From a plasmid: a DNA stretch of 59,393 nt. A model generated the notes under the pieces. It was not told the DNA's origin. It saw only the letters and a program-made list of their open reading frames with translations, and made no database searches. The DNA lies in sequence record NC_011409.1; one strand, given 5' to 3'. Shown in pieces: positions 30,485-41,527 of the stretch (position 1 is its first letter; the number at the start of each line of letters is the position of its first letter). Both the position numbers and the translations under genes were made by a program.

Positions 30485-32730
30485 GTCAAAAACATGTATT
30501 AGAAGGTTTACTTAGACCGCCTGTTGAATTTTTTCCAGCTGCCGTCCATGGTACTTGTGCTTTTGTTTGTTGCGGTGCGCCTTGGTCGCTCGCATTAAAT
30601 CCTCTTATTGGATATGGATTAGGGGCTGCTTTCGCAGGTATGGGGGTTATGCGTTTTCGTCAAGGCATGGAAATTGTACGCTATCACCGAAATTTACGCA
30701 GACTCCCTCACTATGCTTTGACCAGTCGTCAAATTCCAGTAAGTAAAAAAGCCTTGTTCTTAGGACGAGGCTTTGAATGGGAGCCAAAGCATACGCAACG
30801 TCTTTATGACTGTTTCTCTGCAAATGGGCAAATTTATTGGAAAAATGGGAAGTGGTTTAAAGCCGCTCGTGATTATGAAAAAGTGCATGATAATTGGTTA
30901 TCTAGACTCACTTCAATGGACTCTCCATTAAATCCAGTCAGACCGCTACCGCCAGTTGGCGGCATTCCGGTGATGCATGGTGTGGAGCCGAATGAACGCG
31001 ATATTATGCTTCCGTTAGGCGACCGTGGCGGTCATACCTTAGTATTTGGTACAACTGGCGTAGGGAAAACTCGTTTTGCTGAAGTGCTTGTTACACAAGA
31101 TATACATCGAGGTAAAACACCTGAAGAGCGTGAAGTGGTTGTCTTTTTTGATCCGAAAGGCGACCCGGATATGTTAAAACGAATGTATGCAGAAGCAAAA
31201 CGTGCTGGGCGTGAAAATGAATTTTATGTATTCCATTTAGGGCATCCGGAAATTTCTGCTCGATATAACCCAGTTGGTCGCTTCGGTCGAATTTCTGAAG
31301 TGGCAGGACGTATTTCTGGGCAATTAAGTGGAGCTGGAAATAGTGCAGCATTTAAAGAGTTTGCGTGGCGTTTTGTGAATATTGTCTCCCGTGCATTGGT
31401 TGAAATGGGAAAACGCCCAGACTATGTGCAAATCTCGCGTTTTGTACAAAATATTGATGCACTTTTCTTAGACTACGCAAAACTTCATTTCGATGCCGTC
31501 GATAAGAAAATATGGCCAACGTTGGCTTCAGTTGCGGCTAACTTAGATGTAAAAAATTTACCGTTCTCGATGAAAGATAGACCGCTTATTGCTGTTATTA
31601 ACCAATATATTTTAGAGAATAAAATTTTTGACCCAGTACTTGAAGGATTATCAAGTGCGGTACGTTACGACAAAACCTATTTTGATAAAATTGTGGCATC
31701 GCTTTTACCGTTACTTGAAAAACTCACTACAGGTAAAACTGCAGAGCTTCTCTCGCCTGATTACACTGATATTCATGATGAGCGCCCTATCTTTGATTGG
31801 GAATCTATTATTCGTAAAAGAGGGATTGTTTACGTTGGTTTAGACGCGCTATCTGATGCGACTGTCGCTGCAGCTGTGGGTAATAGTATGTTTGCTGATT
31901 TGGTATCAATGGCTGGTCATATTTATAAATTTGGCGTAGATGAGGGGTTGCCAGATGCATTTAAAACTAAAAGCAAACCGCCTAAAATCAACCTTCATTG
32001 CGATGAGTTTAATGAATTAATGGGGGATGAATTCATTCCACTGATCAATAAAGGTCGTGGTGCGGGAATGCAGGTAACAGCCTATACTCAAACACTTTCA
32101 GATATTGAAGCTCGTATTGGAAGTAAAGCGAAAACGGGACAAACAACAGGTAACTTCAAATACACTTTTATGTTCCGGGTAAAAGAGCCGGCCACTGCAG
32201 AGTTTTTAACGCGTCAGCTCAACGATGTCACAATTTATCAAAGCATGGTGACATCAAGTACGACAGATAACAGCAATCCGGATGATGGCAAGGCGTTTAC
32301 GTCTAATACTGGTGAACGTATTTCTGAAAAAATGGTGCCAATGCTATCGCCAGCACATATTACAAATTTACCAAAAGGACAGGCATTTGCTCTTCTTGAA
32401 GGGAGTACGCTTTATAAATTAAGAATGCCTTTACCTGCGGTTGATAAAGATGATGTGATGCCGGAATCACTTCAAGAATTGACGGCTTATATGCGCAAAA
32501 ACTACCATATTTCTCCAAATTGGTGGCAATCTGCATTTTCTGATTATGCGCCAAGTCAAGATATAGCAACCGCTTTTCAGTCAATGTCATTAAATCGTGC
32601 ACCTTCACACGCAGGAGAAGAAATGCTTTTCGGGGATGTTGAAGCTCCAGTTGCTGAAGATATGGAAGATGAAGATATTGATCAGAATGATGATACAGAT
32701 GAGGATGATTTTGATGACACAGATAATTAA
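30481..32730 (+). CDS. traD: Type IV coupling protein (TraD/VirD4 family, ICE subfamily)
   Basis: N-terminal TM segments. Walker A LVFGTTGVGKTRFAE and Walker B-like KINLHCDEFNELMGD. Acidic C-terminal tail (EDMEDEDIDQNDDTDEDDFDD) typical of TraD. Confidence 0.85.
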   Translation: MSQKHVLEGLLRPPVEFFPAAVHGTCAFVCCGAPWSLALNPLIGYGLGAAFAGMGVMRFRQGMEIVRYHRNLRRLPHYALTSRQIPVSKKALFLGRGFEWEPKHTQRLYDCFSANGQIYWKNGKWFKAARDYEKVHDNWLSRLTSMDSPLNPVRPLPPVGGIPVMHGVEPNERDIMLPLGDRGGHTLVFGTTGVGKTRFAEVLVTQDIHRGKTPEEREVVVFFDPKGDPDMLKRMYAEAKRAGRENEFYVFHLGHPEISARYNPVGRFGRISEVAGRISGQLSGAGNSAAFKEFAWRFVNIVSRALVEMGKRPDYVQISRFVQNIDALFLDYAKLHFDAVDKKIWPTLASVAANLDVKNLPFSMKDRPLIAVINQYILENKIFDPVLEGLSSAVRYDKTYFDKIVASLLPLLEKLTTGKTAELLSPDYTDIHDERPIFDWESIIRKRGIVYVGLDALSDATVAAAVGNSMFADLVSMAGHIYKFGVDEGLPDAFKTKSKPPKINLHCDEFNELMGDEFIPLINKGRGAGMQVTAYTQTLSDIEARIGSKAKTGQTTGNFKYTFMFRVKEPATAEFLTRQLNDVTIYQSMVTSSTTDNSNPDDGKAFTSNTGERISEKMVPMLSPAHITNLPKGQAFALLEGSTLYKLRMPLPAVDKDDVMPESLQELTAYMRKNYHISPNWWQSAFSDYAPSQDIATAFQSMSLNRAPSHAGEEMLFGDVEAPVAEDMEDEDIDQNDDTDEDDFDDTDN

Positions 32731-33049
32731 TCAGCCGGATATGAACTTGCTTGATATTCCGGATATGAGCGTAGATTTCAATTCAGTCACTAGCTGTTCT
32801 TGTGGGTTGGAAAACGCTGATGAATTACTTAATTACTTTTTACCTTATTTGGAAGATTGGAATAATCAGCGTTATACCACACATGAATTTGCGAAAAAGT
32901 ATGCAAATAAAGGCATCTCACTTTGGACGGCTAATGATGTAAAAAAATCTGAAAATGGCATCCAGGCAATTCAAATTTTTTTAGACGGTGAAGTAAAAGG
33001 GTATCTTTTCTTTCACTGTAAATTATCTCCAGCGGGAACATTACAGTAA
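32714..33049 (+). CDS. Hypothetical protein
   Basis: The first ATG with sense context is at 32714 (MTQIINQ...), overlapping the traD stop. The track start 32597 lies inside traD. Confidence 0.5.
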   Translation: MTQIINQPDMNLLDIPDMSVDFNSVTSCSCGLENADELLNYFLPYLEDWNNQRYTTHEFAKKYANKGISLWTANDVKKSENGIQAIQIFLDGEVKGYLFFHCKLSPAGTLQ

Positions 33050-33735
33050 TGGCAGAACAACAAGTCAAAAAAAAGAAAAAGGGTCTTTTTTACTACATTA
33101 ATGCGGTATTAGCCGCCTTATTTGGTTCCCTGATTTTGAGCATTATTCTTGAATGGTTAGGTATTGCATTTTTATGGCCTGAAGAAGGTCATTTACACAG
33201 TCAAAAAATGATGCTAACTGAGCTTGGATGGCTTTCTGATAGTCTAACGAGAGGTCTTTTCTATCATTCTCCAAAAGAGCTGGCTGAAGGTCTTATTTTG
33301 TCATTACATGAATGGCTTTTTGTGAAAACAGGTGTAAAAGATTGGTTAGCCAACCCTCGTGAGCATAGTGGCGTAGGTTTGTGGGTGTATCATTATGGGC
33401 GAGCTTATATTGAGTCAGTGATTTATGTTTTTATCACCTTTGTTATTCGACTTGTAGTGATTGTTTTTACGTCCCCACTCTTTTTGTTAGCCGCATTTGC
33501 GGGCTTTACTGAAGGATTAATGATGCGTGACCGTCGTAAATTTGGTGCGGGCAGAGAGTCTAGTTTTCTTTATCATCATGCACGTCGATTAATTGGCCCG
33601 ATTATGTTGTCGGCATGGGTATTGTATCTTTCTATCCCAATTTCTATTTACCCGAATATAATTTTGGTGCCAGCTGCATTTCTATTTGGACTATCCATCT
33701 GTGTAACGGCAGCGAGCTTTAAAAAATACCTTTAA
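33049..33735 (+). CDS. Integral membrane T4SS protein
   Basis: Multiple TM helices. ATG overlaps the upstream stop. Confidence 0.6.
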   Translation: MAEQQVKKKKKGLFYYINAVLAALFGSLILSIILEWLGIAFLWPEEGHLHSQKMMLTELGWLSDSLTRGLFYHSPKELAEGLILSLHEWLFVKTGVKDWLANPREHSGVGLWVYHYGRAYIESVIYVFITFVIRLVVIVFTSPLFLLAAFAGFTEGLMMRDRRKFGAGRESSFLYHHARRLIGPIMLSAWVLYLSIPISIYPNIILVPAAFLFGLSICVTAASFKKYL

Positions 33736-33865
33736 TATTCCTCTATGTTGTCATTATGGGTGCTTATTTTTCCAAGAATAAGCGCCCTTTTTTATCACTA
33801 AAAACTGTTTTGAATTTAAAAAGAGTTTCTCATTAAATTTCCCTCTCTTCTTTGGCACTCTTTGC

Positions 33866-34216
33866 TTGGAATCTGTTTCAAGTAAGGAGTTCTCCGTGAC
33901 TAAAAATATTTTCAGTTTATCTCTAGCAATAGGGTTATTGTTTGGCGCTATAAGTGCTCAAGCAACAGAGCAAGAGCATTTAGCGCAAGCAATTAAACAG
34001 TTGGATGCAGCAAAACTCTCATTACAGCGAGCAGCTGCAAGTGCAAAGGTTTCTGCGAAAAGTCGAGAATATTTTGATTACGCTTCAGCGCATCAAGATA
34101 TTACTACTGTGCAGGCAGGGATTAAACAATATATTAACCCTTCCCGGGCTATTCCTAGAAATCCTAAAGCTATTCGTAACTTAAAAGAAGATTATCTTAA
34201 TCTTCGGAGTCAATAG
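33866..34216 (+). CDS. Exported small T4SS protein
   Basis: Signal peptide ..SLSLAIGLLFGAISAQA. Confidence 0.55.
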   Translation: MESVSSKEFSVTKNIFSLSLAIGLLFGAISAQATEQEHLAQAIKQLDAAKLSLQRAAASAKVSAKSREYFDYASAHQDITTVQAGIKQYINPSRAIPRNPKAIRNLKEDYLNLRSQ

Positions 34217-34219
34217 GAC

Positions 34220-34465
34220 ATGAGTAACGCTAATTTCCCTTCTGTTTCACCGTTAGACAGCTTTTATGCTGTAAGTGGTTTAGATCCGCTAAAACTGAAA
34301 ATCATGTTGGCCATTATTTTGATTGCCGTATTACTACTTGCGTATATGTGGTCAACTAATCATGGCTACAAAGGCATGGTGAATGATGGTGACATTTGGT
34401 CATTCTTTAAACTGATTCTATGGGGCGCAGCATTAATTATATGTGTTGTCAGCTTTTTTATTTAA
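34220..34465 (+). CDS. Small membrane protein
   Basis: 81 aa, two hydrophobic segments. Confidence 0.55.
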   Translation: MSNANFPSVSPLDSFYAVSGLDPLKLKIMLAIILIAVLLLAYMWSTNHGYKGMVNDGDIWSFFKLILWGAALIICVVSFFI

Positions 34466-34484
34466 TAAACCATAAGGACATCTC

Positions 34485-34886
34485 ATGAAGTTGATTAAAT
34501 CCTTCTTTCAGAATGTTTCAAGTCGTTTTCTTGCGGTAGTAACTTTACTTTGGTTATCCGTTGAAAATGCATTTGCTACAGGCGGTGGTAATGGTATCAA
34601 TGCCTCTAAAATCCCTGATTTTAAAATCCCAGGCGTAGATAGCAATACCAAAGACCCGATGGAAATTATCTATCTTGTTGCTAAATCATTGGCAACCCTG
34701 TTTGCAATTTTATTTGCAGCATGGTCAATCATGACAGTGGTTAAAGCATTAATTAAAACCTATAACGCAGCGACTGACGAAAATGACAAAAAAGGATGGG
34801 GCCCATTTATTATCGCTCTTATTCTTGGTTTCATTTTAATTTTCTTCAGCCTCTGGTTGGTGAAATTGGCTATCGGTCTGTTTTAA
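34485..34886 (+). CDS. Putative conjugative pilin-like membrane protein
   Basis: Signal-like N-terminus and two strongly hydrophobic C-terminal segments, as in TrbC/VirB2-type pilins. Confidence 0.5.
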   Translation: MKLIKSFFQNVSSRFLAVVTLLWLSVENAFATGGGNGINASKIPDFKIPGVDSNTKDPMEIIYLVAKSLATLFAILFAAWSIMTVVKALIKTYNAATDENDKKGWGPFIIALILGFILIFFSLWLVKLAIGLF

Positions 34887-34905
34887 TTATCTCTGTGAGG
34901 TCAAG

Positions 34906-35277
34906 ATGTCAAGTGATAAAGAGCAAACGATCCCCTTTCTTCCTACTCGATTAAATCGTGAATCGAGTGTGTATGGCGGGTTATCTGTAAGTGAATTTAT
35001 GTTGGCTGCAGCAATGGGATTTATCTTAGGTGCAGTGCTTGGCCTCCTTTGTTGTTTTGCCTTAGGCTTTGATTTTTGGTTGTTAATTCCGTCTCTCGCC
35101 ATGTTGTTTTGCATTCTTTCTGTGGTGATTGGCAAAGTGATTATTGCGCGCCTTAAACGAGGTAAGCCGAAAGCCTACTTGAATCGAATGATTGAGGTTA
35201 AATTAGATGGAATATTAGGGGGGAATCGCTTTATCTCCCGTCAAGGCACTTGGTCTATTCGCCGAGTTAAAAAATAA
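34906..35277 (+). CDS. Membrane protein (T4SS cluster)
   Basis: Two TM helices. Overlaps an antisense ORF (34887..35135), which is rejected. Confidence 0.55.
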   Translation: MSSDKEQTIPFLPTRLNRESSVYGGLSVSEFMLAAAMGFILGAVLGLLCCFALGFDFWLLIPSLAMLFCILSVVIGKVIIARLKRGKPKAYLNRMIEVKLDGILGGNRFISRQGTWSIRRVKK

Positions 35278-35288
35278 GAGAGTTTATT

Positions 35289-35918
35289 ATGAAAGACTTA
35301 AAAGGGATTGTTCATCAAAAAAATCGCGAAATCATGACCGGGCGAATTGCTATCGGTGCATTGCTTGTGATTTGTTTGGTGCTATGTGCCATTATTTTTA
35401 CCGCGCCAAGTCGGTTAATGATTTATAACCCACCGGATTTACGTGCGGGAAGTCAACGCCCTTGGTGGGAAGTGCCAAAATCAACCGTTTATGCCTTTGC
35501 TTATCAAACCTTCCAGCAGTTAAACCGCTGGATGGAGAATGGCGAGGAAGAATACAAATTAAATATTGAAAGAAATAAAGCCTTTATTACGCCAAGTTGC
35601 CAAGAATTTTTGAAGAAAGACTACTATGACCGTTTATCTAACGGTGAATTACGGGAACGTGCACGTGGTGTTTATGAAATTGTGGGACGTGGATTTAAAG
35701 ATAATAGTGTGATTGTTCATAGCCCCGATAGCTGGACGGTTAATCTTGATTTAAGTGGTAGATGGAGTATTTCAAAAGATGAACCAGTAAAACGTGTTTT
35801 AACCCGCTTCCCGGTCAATATCGTGCGCATGGAAACAGATTTACAGAACAATCCTTGGGGATTGGGATTTAACTGCTACAGCTCAATTCCATTACGTTTA
35901 GAAGCAAAAGAATTTTAG
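35289..35918 (+). CDS. Membrane-anchored T4SS protein
   Basis: Single N-terminal TM (IAIGALLVICLVLCAIIF). Confidence 0.55.
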   Translation: MKDLKGIVHQKNREIMTGRIAIGALLVICLVLCAIIFTAPSRLMIYNPPDLRAGSQRPWWEVPKSTVYAFAYQTFQQLNRWMENGEEEYKLNIERNKAFITPSCQEFLKKDYYDRLSNGELRERARGVYEIVGRGFKDNSVIVHSPDSWTVNLDLSGRWSISKDEPVKRVLTRFPVNIVRMETDLQNNPWGLGFNCYSSIPLRLEAKEF

Positions 35919-35936
35919 AGAAGGGGATAACCAATA

Positions 35937-36806
35937 ATGAAAAAACTCACTTTGTTACTGAGCGCGGCTTTTATCTTTTCACCAATGACGGCATCTGCCG
36001 ATGTGTTAATGAAATGGGCGCGCAAACCGTTACCTATTGACTTACAAATCGAAAAAGAACGTATTCTATTCGTAGATAAAAATGTAAAAGTAGGTTATCC
36101 ACCTGAATTAGATAGCAAGCTTCGCATTCAATCAACTGGCGGTGCGGTTTATTTAAAAGCAACTGCAGATTTCCCAAAAACACGCTTACAGCTTATGGAT
36201 GTTGCAACCGGAGAAATAATCTTACTTGATGTGCAAGCGAAGCATTCTGTTGCCAATGCAAGTGAGCCAATTCGTTTTGTTTATGAAAATAAAGTTGAAA
36301 AACAAACAACGGCTTATGGCCAAGATGCAAATGCATATAACGAACCAATGCCAAATGCGCGTCCGGCACTCCCCGCTCCAGCTGCATTAACACGTTATGC
36401 CGCACAAATGTTTTATGCGCCTTTACGTTCAGTTGAGCCTTTGGAAGGTGTGCGCCAAGTTTCACCTCACCTTCCTACACCGCTTAAAACGCTCTTACCT
36501 GCATTGCCTGTGCGAGCTACTCCATTACTCAGCTGGCAACTTGATGGGTATGTTGTCACTGCGGTTCGCTTGCAAAACCAGGGGCAATCTCGCATTGATT
36601 TAGATCCTCGAGAGCTTCAAGGTCGATTCTATGCAGCAACATTTCAGCATAATTGGCTTGGGGGGCATGGTACACCTGAAGATACCACAACGTTATATCT
36701 TGTGACAGAAGGTTCACCTAATCATTCTGTTATCCCTCAGTCAAATTCATACAAACCGAAAAAATTGAAAAAAGTCACCACAACAGTGACAACTCAAACG
36801 AAATAA
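35937..36806 (+). CDS. Exported T4SS protein
   Basis: Signal peptide MKKLTLLLSAAFIFSPMTASA. Confidence 0.55.
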   Translation: MKKLTLLLSAAFIFSPMTASADVLMKWARKPLPIDLQIEKERILFVDKNVKVGYPPELDSKLRIQSTGGAVYLKATADFPKTRLQLMDVATGEIILLDVQAKHSVANASEPIRFVYENKVEKQTTAYGQDANAYNEPMPNARPALPAPAALTRYAAQMFYAPLRSVEPLEGVRQVSPHLPTPLKTLLPALPVRATPLLSWQLDGYVVTAVRLQNQGQSRIDLDPRELQGRFYAATFQHNWLGGHGTPEDTTTLYLVTEGSPNHSVIPQSNSYKPKKLKKVTTTVTTQTK

Positions 36807-36816
36807 GGAGAGAACA

Positions 36817-38217
36817 ATGCAAATGAAAGCAAATAAAGCGTTCTATGTTATTGGTGGGATTACCGCGCTTGTCGTGACGCTGATGGCTGGATTTCTTTTC
36901 TCCGGTAGTAGCTCAACAACTACAGCAGAAACCAAAAAAGAAGATGCTTTAGATCTCTCTCTCAAAGATTTATCACCGGAAGAGCTACGCTCAATGGGGC
37001 TTGAGGGTGATACATCTAAAGATACGGTGAGAACACTTATTGGTAAAGTGAAGGAAAATAACAAACGCTTTGATGAAGTGATTTTACAAAATGACCGCTT
37101 GGTAAAAGAGAATGAGCAGTTAAAAAATCAAGCAAATAATACGGATTATCAAATTCAACAGGCGGTACAAGCAGAAACAGGGGCGTTAATTAATGAGATT
37201 AATGCGTTAAAAGATCAGGTTGTACAAGCTGGTAATCAAGTTGTAGGGAATGGAAATGCCCAGGCAAATCCCAATGCTCCTCTGCCAATAAACGGAGCAA
37301 CAACTGGCCCTCAGGTTGAAACTCGAGGGGGAATTAATTGGGTGAACCCTAGTGATATGCCAACTACAGACAGCCAAGGGAATGCTCTACAAGGTATTGG
37401 TGTAAATGGTGCAGGAATCGGTTTTCCCAAAACCTTCGATAACAATGTGAATGACATCCGAAAATCTAATGATGGATTGCAATCTAGTACAGGTAATAAT
37501 GCAATATTTAATACCGCTACACCATTTTTCACAATTGCAGCTAACTCTACTTTAACTAATTCTGTTGCTATGACTGCGCTTGTTGGGCGTGTGCCGATTG
37601 ATAATAATGTGACCGAGCCTTATCCGTTTAAATTGCTTATTGGTCGAGATAACTTAATTGCAAATGGTATTGAACTGCCGGATATTGAAGGCGCAATTGT
37701 CTCTGGAACAGCAAGCGGTGACTGGACGCTATCTTGTGTTCGTGGTGATGTGAAAAGCTTAACTTTTGTGTTTAGCGATGGGCGCATTGTTTCAACGGAT
37801 GATTCTAACAATAAAATTGGCTGGTTATCTGATCCACATGGTGTGCCTTGCATTCCTGGAGAACGCAGAACGAATGCTCCGGAATATCTAACGACCAACT
37901 TCTTCTTAACGGGGGCTTCAGCAGCTGCACAAGGCTTATCATCTTCTCAATCAACAACAGTGGTTGATGGCGGTGCAGTAATTGGTGCGGTAACGGGTAA
38001 TAACGGTAAGTATATTCTTGGTCAAGCGTTAGGTGGCGGTTTGAGAGAAACAGCAGACTGGTTCCGTCAGCGTTATGGCCAAATGTTTGATGCGGTATAT
38101 GTTCCACCGGGTAAAGAAGTGGCTGTACACATCGAAAAACAAATTGATATTGATTATGACCGCATGTCTCGAAAAGTGAAATACGGACAAGCCTCAAGAC
38201 AACCTAACTTGGATTAA
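36817..38217 (+). CDS. Membrane-anchored T4SS core protein (VirB10/TraB-like, tentative)
   Basis: N-terminal TM, a coiled-coil region, a Gly/Asn-rich linker and a C-terminal beta-rich domain. The architecture resembles VirB10/TraB. Confidence 0.45.
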   Translation: MQMKANKAFYVIGGITALVVTLMAGFLFSGSSSTTTAETKKEDALDLSLKDLSPEELRSMGLEGDTSKDTVRTLIGKVKENNKRFDEVILQNDRLVKENEQLKNQANNTDYQIQQAVQAETGALINEINALKDQVVQAGNQVVGNGNAQANPNAPLPINGATTGPQVETRGGINWVNPSDMPTTDSQGNALQGIGVNGAGIGFPKTFDNNVNDIRKSNDGLQSSTGNNAIFNTATPFFTIAANSTLTNSVAMTALVGRVPIDNNVTEPYPFKLLIGRDNLIANGIELPDIEGAIVSGTASGDWTLSCVRGDVKSLTFVFSDGRIVSTDDSNNKIGWLSDPHGVPCIPGERRTNAPEYLTTNFFLTGASAAAQGLSSSQSTTVVDGGAVIGAVTGNNGKYILGQALGGGLRETADWFRQRYGQMFDAVYVPPGKEVAVHIEKQIDIDYDRMSRKVKYGQASRQPNLD

Positions 38218-38226
38218 GGAGCAATA

Positions 38227-38634
38227 ATGAAAGTTTTAATGATGATGGGCGTGATTTTAGCCGCAAGCAGTGTTTTGACTGGCTGCTCAACTTCTCAAGG
38301 TGATTTATTGCCAACTGGTGATGCAACAATGAAAGATATTTGGAATAAAGGTGGTAATGATAGCAATATTACATCTTATCGGACACCGAATGGCCGTCTT
38401 ATTGATGCACCAAATTACGTTTCATCTCGTGAACAACAAACTTATACCCGTACAGCAGAAAACGAGGTGAAAAACCTTTTCCCTCGTTTACCAAACCCTG
38501 ATTTAGTGATGTATGTTTATCCGCACTTAACTGATTCCTCAGAGCAAATGCCTGTACCAGGTTATTCTTCAGTAATTCCATTTTATGGACGTGTGCAATA
38601 TGCCCAACCGGGTGAGCGTACAAGAATGTACTAG
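38227..38634 (+). CDS. Lipoprotein (T4SS cluster)
   Basis: Signal peptide with lipobox LTGCST. Confidence 0.55.
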   Translation: MKVLMMMGVILAASSVLTGCSTSQGDLLPTGDATMKDIWNKGGNDSNITSYRTPNGRLIDAPNYVSSREQQTYTRTAENEVKNLFPRLPNPDLVMYVYPHLTDSSEQMPVPGYSSVIPFYGRVQYAQPGERTRMY

Positions 38635-38649
38635 ATGAGGTAAGAAACG

Positions 38650-41520
38650 ATGGCATTATTCCAAGACGTGTTAGAGGCTTTCTTCCCTGCTAAAAAGGGT
38701 GATAAGCCTCAACCTAAAAAGGAACCTATCCTAACATCCATTGCACCGGAAGAAGCACAGCAGGATGATACCAATAACGTAGAAGAGACGATTGAAATCA
38801 CTCCTGTTATGCGTAATAGAAAAATGACCAGAGAGCAACATGTTAAAATGCTTTATGGGCGCGATCCCTCTTTTATCTCCAATCTTCCTTATGCGGAATA
38901 TTTGGAAGAAGAAGGCGTAATGCTTTTTGATGATGCTAAAAGTGCAGGTGCGGTATTTGATATTAAGCCTATAGGAACTGAGGGAAGAAGCAGCGACTAT
39001 CTTAATCGCGTTCGCACATTGGTTAAAGATGCCTTACAGGATAGTTTCGATGAACTTGATACCAATCCTTACGTTGTACAATTCTATTGCCAGGATGACA
39101 AGGATTTAAGCGGTTATGTTGAGAATCTGAGACAGTACATTAAAACCACTTCACCTGAAGCGAGCGGTAGTGAGTTTACAGAACAGTGGCTTGGTGAAAT
39201 GGAGCGTCACTTAAAAGCAGTAGGTAAACCAGGTGGGCTTTTTGTTGATGACCGGGTAACAAATACGGCATGGGCTGGAAAAGTGCGTAAAACACGCATG
39301 GTTATTTATCGTTATGCTGGAAATAATGAGACAGATACAATCGAGAAATTAAATACAGCTTGTGATCGTGTTCAAAGTGCTTTTATCACAGCAGGATTAA
39401 CCATGGAACGCCAAAATGAAACTCAAATTCATCGTTGGTTATTAGAATGGTTTAATCCAAATCCATCACGCTATTTTAACGGACTCGATGATAAAGCTTG
39501 CTATGATCTTTTATCACTCTCTAAGGATGACTCTGCTCTACCATTACAAGACCAAGATTTTAGTGAAAATCTCTTTTTTACGCCACCGGAAAGTAAAAAT
39601 GGCTATTGGTATTTTAATGAGCAACCTCACGAAGTCATTGTAGTTGATAATATTCGTAAGCAGCCAGATGGTGGCCACATGACAGGCGAAGTCACTCGAG
39701 GTCGTAATATTAATGCACTATTTGATTTATTGCCGGAATCAACCATTATGGCTATCACTGTAGTCATTCATCCTCAAGATAAATTACAGGCGCATTTAGA
39801 CAAATTAAGTAGTCGAGCTGTCGGTAATAACTATGAGTCTATCTATTTAAAACAAGATGCCCTCACAGTAACTGAATATTTAAAAGACGGACACAAGCTT
39901 TATCAAGCTGGCATGGTTTTCTATGTAAGAGGGAAAGACGATCAAGAGCTACGCATTCGCTCAAGAGAATTAAGAACGGTTTTACTCAGTAATAATTTAG
40001 TGCCGGTAAAAGAAGGCAACGAAGTTGCGCCTCTTAATAGCTATTTACGCTGGCTACCGATGAATTTTAATCCTCAATTAGATGCAAAATCTCGTTTTTA
40101 TACCAAATATTATTGGGTGCAACACATTGCGAATATGTTACCTGTATTTGGCCGTGAGACAGGAACGGGACACCCAGGAATCACCTATTTTAACCGCGGT
40201 GGAAGCCCATTAGATTTTGACCCACTAAACCCTAAAGACCGGACTAAAAATGCGCATAAGCTCATTTTAGGCCCTACAGGTTCAGGTAAATCGGCAACAT
40301 TAACCGCACAAATGGCGCAACTGATGGCTGTGCACCGTCCTCGCTTGTTTATTGTAGAAGCAGGTAACTCTTTTGGATTGTTTTCAGATTATGCGGAGCG
40401 TTACGGTTTAACGGTTAACCGGGTATCTCTTGAGCCAAGTAGTAACATCGCTTTACCGCTCTTCTCTGAAGCGCATCGTTTATTGGAAATGGATATCGAT
40501 CTTGAAGTTCAAGATGATGACGATAATGAAGATGAAGGCGAGGAACAACGAGACTTACTTGCGGAAATGGAATTAACCGCTCGCTTAATGATCACCGGGG
40601 GAGAAGCGAAGGAAGATGAGAAAATGAGCCGTGCTGACCGCTCGGCTATTCGCCAGGCTATTTTATTAGCTGCAGAGAAAACTTCACAAGAGACCCCACC
40701 TCGTCAAGTTTTAACCGGGGATGTAAAAGCCGCACTTGAGGAGTTAAGTCGTCGCCAAGATATTCGCCCGGAACGTGCATCTCGTCTTGCAGATATGGCC
40801 GAAGCAATGGATATTTTCTGCACTGGGGTAAATGGTCGATTCTTTAACCGTGAAGGGGAAATTTGGCCTGAAGCTGATATTACACTTGTCGATTTGGCGA
40901 TGTTTGCACGTGATGGTTATGAAGCTGAATTAGCGATTTCGTATATTTCCCTAATTAACCATATCAACTCCTTAGGTGAAAAATATCAACACAGTTTCCG
41001 CCCTATCGTGAACATTACGGATGAGTCGCATATCATTACCGTAAATCCACTTCTAGCGAAGTTCCTGGTTAAAGGTTCTAAAATGTGGCGTAAATTGGGT
41101 ATTTGGTTATGGTTGGCTACACAGAATATGGCTGACTTCCCTGATGAATCTGATAAATTACTCAGCATGGTTGAATGGTGGGAATTACTTAACCTTTCTA
41201 ATGATGAAGTCGAACAGGTAAACCGTTTCCGTCGTTTATCCGAAGCTCAGAAAATGATGTTGTTATCTGCGAAAAAAGCAGATAAGAAATATACTGAAGG
41301 TGTGGTGCTTGCAACCAATATGGAAGCCTTATTCCGTGTTGTTCCACCTAGTCTTTACTTAGCACTAGGGATGACCGAAAAACACGAGAAAGCACAACGT
41401 AAACAATTAATGATGGAACATAACTGTACTGAGTTAGATGCGGCATTGATGGTTGCTAAAGACTTAGACAAAAAACGGGGGATTGCAGTCAATGACGAAC
41501 TTAACTCAATCGCAGCCTAA
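38650..41520 (+). CDS. traC: Conjugative transfer ATPase (VirB4/TraC family)
   Basis: 956 aa. Walker A LGPTGSGKSATL, Walker B-like ..ITDESHII.., and an acidic linker. Size and motifs match a VirB4-class ATPase. Confidence 0.85.
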   Translation: MALFQDVLEAFFPAKKGDKPQPKKEPILTSIAPEEAQQDDTNNVEETIEITPVMRNRKMTREQHVKMLYGRDPSFISNLPYAEYLEEEGVMLFDDAKSAGAVFDIKPIGTEGRSSDYLNRVRTLVKDALQDSFDELDTNPYVVQFYCQDDKDLSGYVENLRQYIKTTSPEASGSEFTEQWLGEMERHLKAVGKPGGLFVDDRVTNTAWAGKVRKTRMVIYRYAGNNETDTIEKLNTACDRVQSAFITAGLTMERQNETQIHRWLLEWFNPNPSRYFNGLDDKACYDLLSLSKDDSALPLQDQDFSENLFFTPPESKNGYWYFNEQPHEVIVVDNIRKQPDGGHMTGEVTRGRNINALFDLLPESTIMAITVVIHPQDKLQAHLDKLSSRAVGNNYESIYLKQDALTVTEYLKDGHKLYQAGMVFYVRGKDDQELRIRSRELRTVLLSNNLVPVKEGNEVAPLNSYLRWLPMNFNPQLDAKSRFYTKYYWVQHIANMLPVFGRETGTGHPGITYFNRGGSPLDFDPLNPKDRTKNAHKLILGPTGSGKSATLTAQMAQLMAVHRPRLFIVEAGNSFGLFSDYAERYGLTVNRVSLEPSSNIALPLFSEAHRLLEMDIDLEVQDDDDNEDEGEEQRDLLAEMELTARLMITGGEAKEDEKMSRADRSAIRQAILLAAEKTSQETPPRQVLTGDVKAALEELSRRQDIRPERASRLADMAEAMDIFCTGVNGRFFNREGEIWPEADITLVDLAMFARDGYEAELAISYISLINHINSLGEKYQHSFRPIVNITDESHIITVNPLLAKFLVKGSKMWRKLGIWLWLATQNMADFPDESDKLLSMVEWWELLNLSNDEVEQVNRFRRLSEAQKMMLLSAKKADKKYTEGVVLATNMEALFRVVPPSLYLALGMTEKHEKAQRKQLMMEHNCTELDAALMVAKDLDKKRGIAVNDELNSIAA

Positions 41521-41527
41521 TCCTAAT

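Noticed and set aside
32597..33049. Track start 32597 for the gene after traD, and 41483 for the gene after traC, 27798 for the lipoprotein, 48706 and 49907 for later genes
   Set aside because: These long N-terminal extensions lie inside the preceding gene or upstream of the evident RBS. Internal ATGs with an RBS or signal peptide (32714, 41528, 27852, 48760, 49985) were preferred.
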